From: Lingula anatina
Taxonomy: Eukaryota > Animalia > Brachiopoda
Direction of reading: 5' to 3'
Assembly (NCBI GenBank): GCA_051362555.1
Contig: CM120645.1
Location: 19,282,001 to 19,346,000 of the forward strand
DNA length: 64,000 bases
Shown here: one piece after another, positions 60,534-64,000 of the stretch
Numbering within the stretch: the first letter of the stretch is position 1
Layout of the letters: every line of letters begins with the position of its first letter
Made by a program: the position numbers and the translations under genes
Notes under the pieces: generated by a model
What the model saw: the letters and a program-made list of their open reading frames with translations, nothing else
Databases searched by the model: none
What the model was told of the DNA's origin: nothing

Positions 60534-62078
60534 ACAAATACTGTGTACTCTGTGTTTATGTCCTCATGAACCTCAGTGAGACGGAATCACTCTTCAATAA
60601 CAGGCGTGTCTGCAAGCCATTCCATATTTCCTTAGTAAAGTGCATGTTCACCTGCTGCGCACATCATGATCGGTGCATTTCATGCGATTGAAATATCAAA
60701 TACAAAATAAATACACTGTAAACTGAAAAAACTTAACTTTTCAAAGAGAAGGGAAGTTTGTTTCTGAATTTTAAAAGAAGAAAATCTAAAGGAACACAAG
60801 GAGAGGCTTGTTACTTGAATTAAGGCATTCGAGGCAAGTGCGTCTCGGCAAAAATATCTAGTTACTGAAGCTCAATTTGTTATTTTCTTTCGTTGGGATG
60901 AGGGACGATTGACAAACAATCTTATTTCTCACGACAGACAGGACGCTGTAAAAGAATATATAGGACCAAACGAGTTTTAGGTAGCGTTTGGCTGCACTGG
61001 ATTAGGAATGCAATGCCGACGTCCACATGGACGTTCTTGTAAATGAAATCAAACGTTGTCACATGCTTTGGCCGATTTGGTGGTACCTTTCTCTTCCAGC
61101 TTGGCATTGCTGCTGCCCACCTTATCGTGCTCGCAGATCAAAACAATATAATTCTTTAATGACAAGAACATAAAGCAACTAGATTGGCAAATTTTCTGTA
61201 TATCTTAATTCCATGGAGCATTGTAGGGGTGTTCTGGACCGTGCTTAAGGACGATAGAGGCTCAGAAAATGAAAGAGCTGAGACAGGTATTTCTCTAGGG
61301 GTGGTCTTATATCTCAACCAAGCATACATCAACAAACTGGATTGAGCCAATGCTTGGAAAAAAGATGGCGTCACCCGGGTTCGTGACAATTTCAAGAGAT
61401 ACCATCTCTGTGATGCAGACATTAGCATTGCCTTTTAATGAACCTAGTATTCTTTTCTCAATCCATACTTCCTTGAACAAGACGTATTATTGTCAATAAA
61501 TAACCAACTTTGTAATTGAGGACCACAAGGGAATCAAAGGAAAAAATTCTTCACATGTACAATAATCTGAAGAAAGAATATGAAATTATGATTAAAACAC
61601 TACTGAGATGGTTGAATAATGCATTTTGTCTTTATTTTACTTCTGTCAAAAAATCACATCATTTCAGCAATATAAGAGTGCAGATATTTTCGATTGCTCA
61701 TAAATGATTCAATATTACCGGTCAGTTATCAGTTGAATTGATACAAGACCAAGATAGACCCCGCTGTTAGGTTTCTACGGAATAATTTATGTTACTATAA
61801 GGTTTTGTTACTTTAAAAACCCATTCTGTCATACAACTTTATGCACAACTACAGATATAAGATGTGAAGTTGTCCTGCATAAGACACGTACATAAATTGA
61901 ATTTGGAGGAGAGATTGACTGTACTTGTAATCAATGATAATGGCCACAGTTACTGAGAAACGGAGACACCTGTTACCGACCAAAGACCGCATTACGTGTA
62001 CATTGAACGAAAAGGCATGTTAATATACACATGTAATTCCATCACATCTGTTTTTCTTCGATATGTGTTAAGTATGGG

Positions 62079-62160
62079 ACAAGAATAATCAAATGGTAAC
62101 ATATATGATACAAGAATAATCAAATGGTAACATATATGGTACAAGAATAATCAAATGGTA
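62079..62160 (+). repeat. 31-bp tandem repeat, about 2.7 copies
   Basis: ACAAGAATAATCAAATGGTA at 62079, 62110 and 62141; single unit at the copy 1 homologous site near 20752. Confidence 0.9.
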
Positions 62161-63570
62161 TTTAAAAGACTAGGGGATTTTTTTAATGGGATGTGGGTAC
62201 ATACATAGAAACACACTTCGCTTAGACATCATATTTAAAACAGAACCATAATTAGCTAAGGACGATAAAAAGATGGGAAATTACTGGGTTTATCTCGTTT
62301 CGTTATAGGTCTTTTGGGGGGGATGGGTGGGTGAGAAAGTGTACATCGAAAGGTGAGGAAGTTTAAGGGGCGGGCCTGTTGTAACCCTTTTTCTGGGATC
62401 TGTAACATCAGGATTAAAGTTCAGTTGCAATCAGAATGTGTGAATAAACCCAGATTCGAAAGTCTGCATATCTTAAAGAGATGGGGACGTACCTCAGTCC
62501 ACCTAGAAAGCGTTTAACATTATACTGAAATGGACAGGAAATGTGTGCATGCAAATGCACTTTTGCCTGAAGCAACCTCTCAACTCATTTAAGCAGTCCC
62601 TTTAAGAAAAAACATAGATCAAAGTGCTGTCCTGAGAGAGAGGCAAAAAAAAAAAAAAACTTAATTAGCGCTTTGTCAAGAAACGGCCACCGGGCATCTC
62701 TGTAATACTGTATAGAGCTTTTGTAATCGTTGATAATGGACAAATTGGTGTGAGACACCTGCCCCTTGTCTTGGAATAAACATATATATACGTGTATATT
62801 TCAAAGAGCGTTCAATCAAGAAATGGCTGTTGACCGTCTATGGTGAGAAAACTTAAGAAGCCGTTTGCCTCAGCTTGCTCCTGTCATAGCTGATGAGATC
62901 AGGTATATATGAAGTCTGTACAGTTCGCATGATAATTTAAATGACAAGATTAATTGCTAGTTACCATTCATCCTGAGCGCCAGGAGTTCTCTTTTATTGT
63001 TGCTGTGTTTCTTTGTTACCTCTAATACTGGGGTGTTGTCGATCTATTATTGTATATTATTGTCCGACCTTTCTCAGTGCGCCGTGTGATTGCAATCACC
63101 TCACAGTAGAAAGCGAATCTAGTTTTTCAGTTGTCCCGCACATAACCGCTGTGATTGAGGCGAGTTCATGCGCATAGTAAAATTATCTTCCTTCCATGGG
63201 GTAATCGTAATCAGACGACCTCATTCCATAGCATTTTGGCTTTAAAACTGAACGCTTCAGCTGTTTACCACACGGTTTTACGTGTGAATATTGGGTTTGA
63301 CCACAAATTTATGGAATCAAAGTCCAAAGAAAGTCTTTAAACCATACCAACATATAACCATAGACAAATTATCATTTCAGAAAGTACGTGTATATATACA
63401 TAGATGAGAGACTTAAATTACAGAGATCACTTTTCTGAACTAAAAGTATATGAGAATATTGGTCACATGGCAATTCAAAGGTATTATCGACTAGAAAAGG
63501 CACGCAACCATCTGTGTTTTTTCATTCCTTTTTGGTAAATAACGTCAACCATGCATTTATTTCAGAAACC

Positions 63571-64000
63571 ATGGCTTCGTGGCGGTTTTTACAGTTTCGC
63601 GTAGACGTTTTAATTGTACTCCTGGGTGTTGTCGCAGATGGAATGGTCCCAGTAAAAGGGATGAGTAGCGTCGGTACAACTTACAGAACGACTGACACGG
63701 TGTCAGAGGAGGACGGACGCTTGGAGAACTCCAAAGCTAATAGAAGTATCGGTTTGTACAGCGCCGAAGTGTTCACGACAGTTGTTTCAGACTGCCTCAA
63801 AACCCACTTTTCTGGTAATGGGCAGTATACAGGGGAAAATCTGAACAGTTTTGGTCAATGTATGGTGGAATTTTGTAATGTTGGGCATGGAGATTCTGGT
63901 TGCAGGTCGTGGAAGCACTTCACGTCTCCTTGCGGACGATTATTCAGTCCACAAAGAACCATAGGTGGGGAATACTTTCCCAATGAATTCTGCCTATGGC
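63571..64000 (+). CDS. GRL101: GRL101-like giant receptor copy 3, 5' end (runs off the window)
   Basis: Same TTTATTTCAGAAACCATGG context; open frame MASWRFLQFRVDVLIVLLGVVADG...CGRLFSPQRTIGGEYFPNEFCLW; absent from the ORF track, presumably because no stop codon is reached. Confidence 0.88.
   Translation, partial: MASWRFLQFRVDVLIVLLGVVADGMVPVKGMSSVGTTYRTTDTVSEEDGRLENSKANRSIGLYSAEVFTTVVSDCLKTHFSGNGQYTGENLNSFGQCMVEFCNVGHGDSGCRSWKHFTSPCGRLFSPQRTIGGEYFPNEFCLW

Overview
AT-rich animal genomic DNA with spliceosomal introns; gene content and repeat families suggest a marine invertebrate such as a lophotrochozoan (inference only). 1-13 kb: the 3' part of a multi-exon ELAPOR/KIAA1324 (UPF0577) gene, with 17 exons I could join in frame, including a probable GC-AG intron, two symmetric candidate cassette exons and a candidate alternative C-terminus. 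From about 17.2 kb to the end: a tandem segmental array of giant (about 2,065 aa) three-coding-exon GRL101-like receptors (signal peptide, 3 CUB/CUB-like, unknown region, 2 C-type-lectin-like, about 7 LDLa, LRRs, 7TM). Two copies are complete (ATG 22822, 41903) and a third starts at 63571. Paralogs differ in clustered patches of the CUB-like ectodomain, are nearly identical elsewhere, and both complete copies lack the class-A GPCR switch residues D2.50, R3.50 and P6.50. Intergenic and intronic DNA holds Helentron-type (HINE) elements with satellite arrays, a 2.6-kb foldback element, MITEs, Tc1 and LINE relics, and a decayed tRNA-Gly. All calls come from manual reading and translation; no database searches were run.
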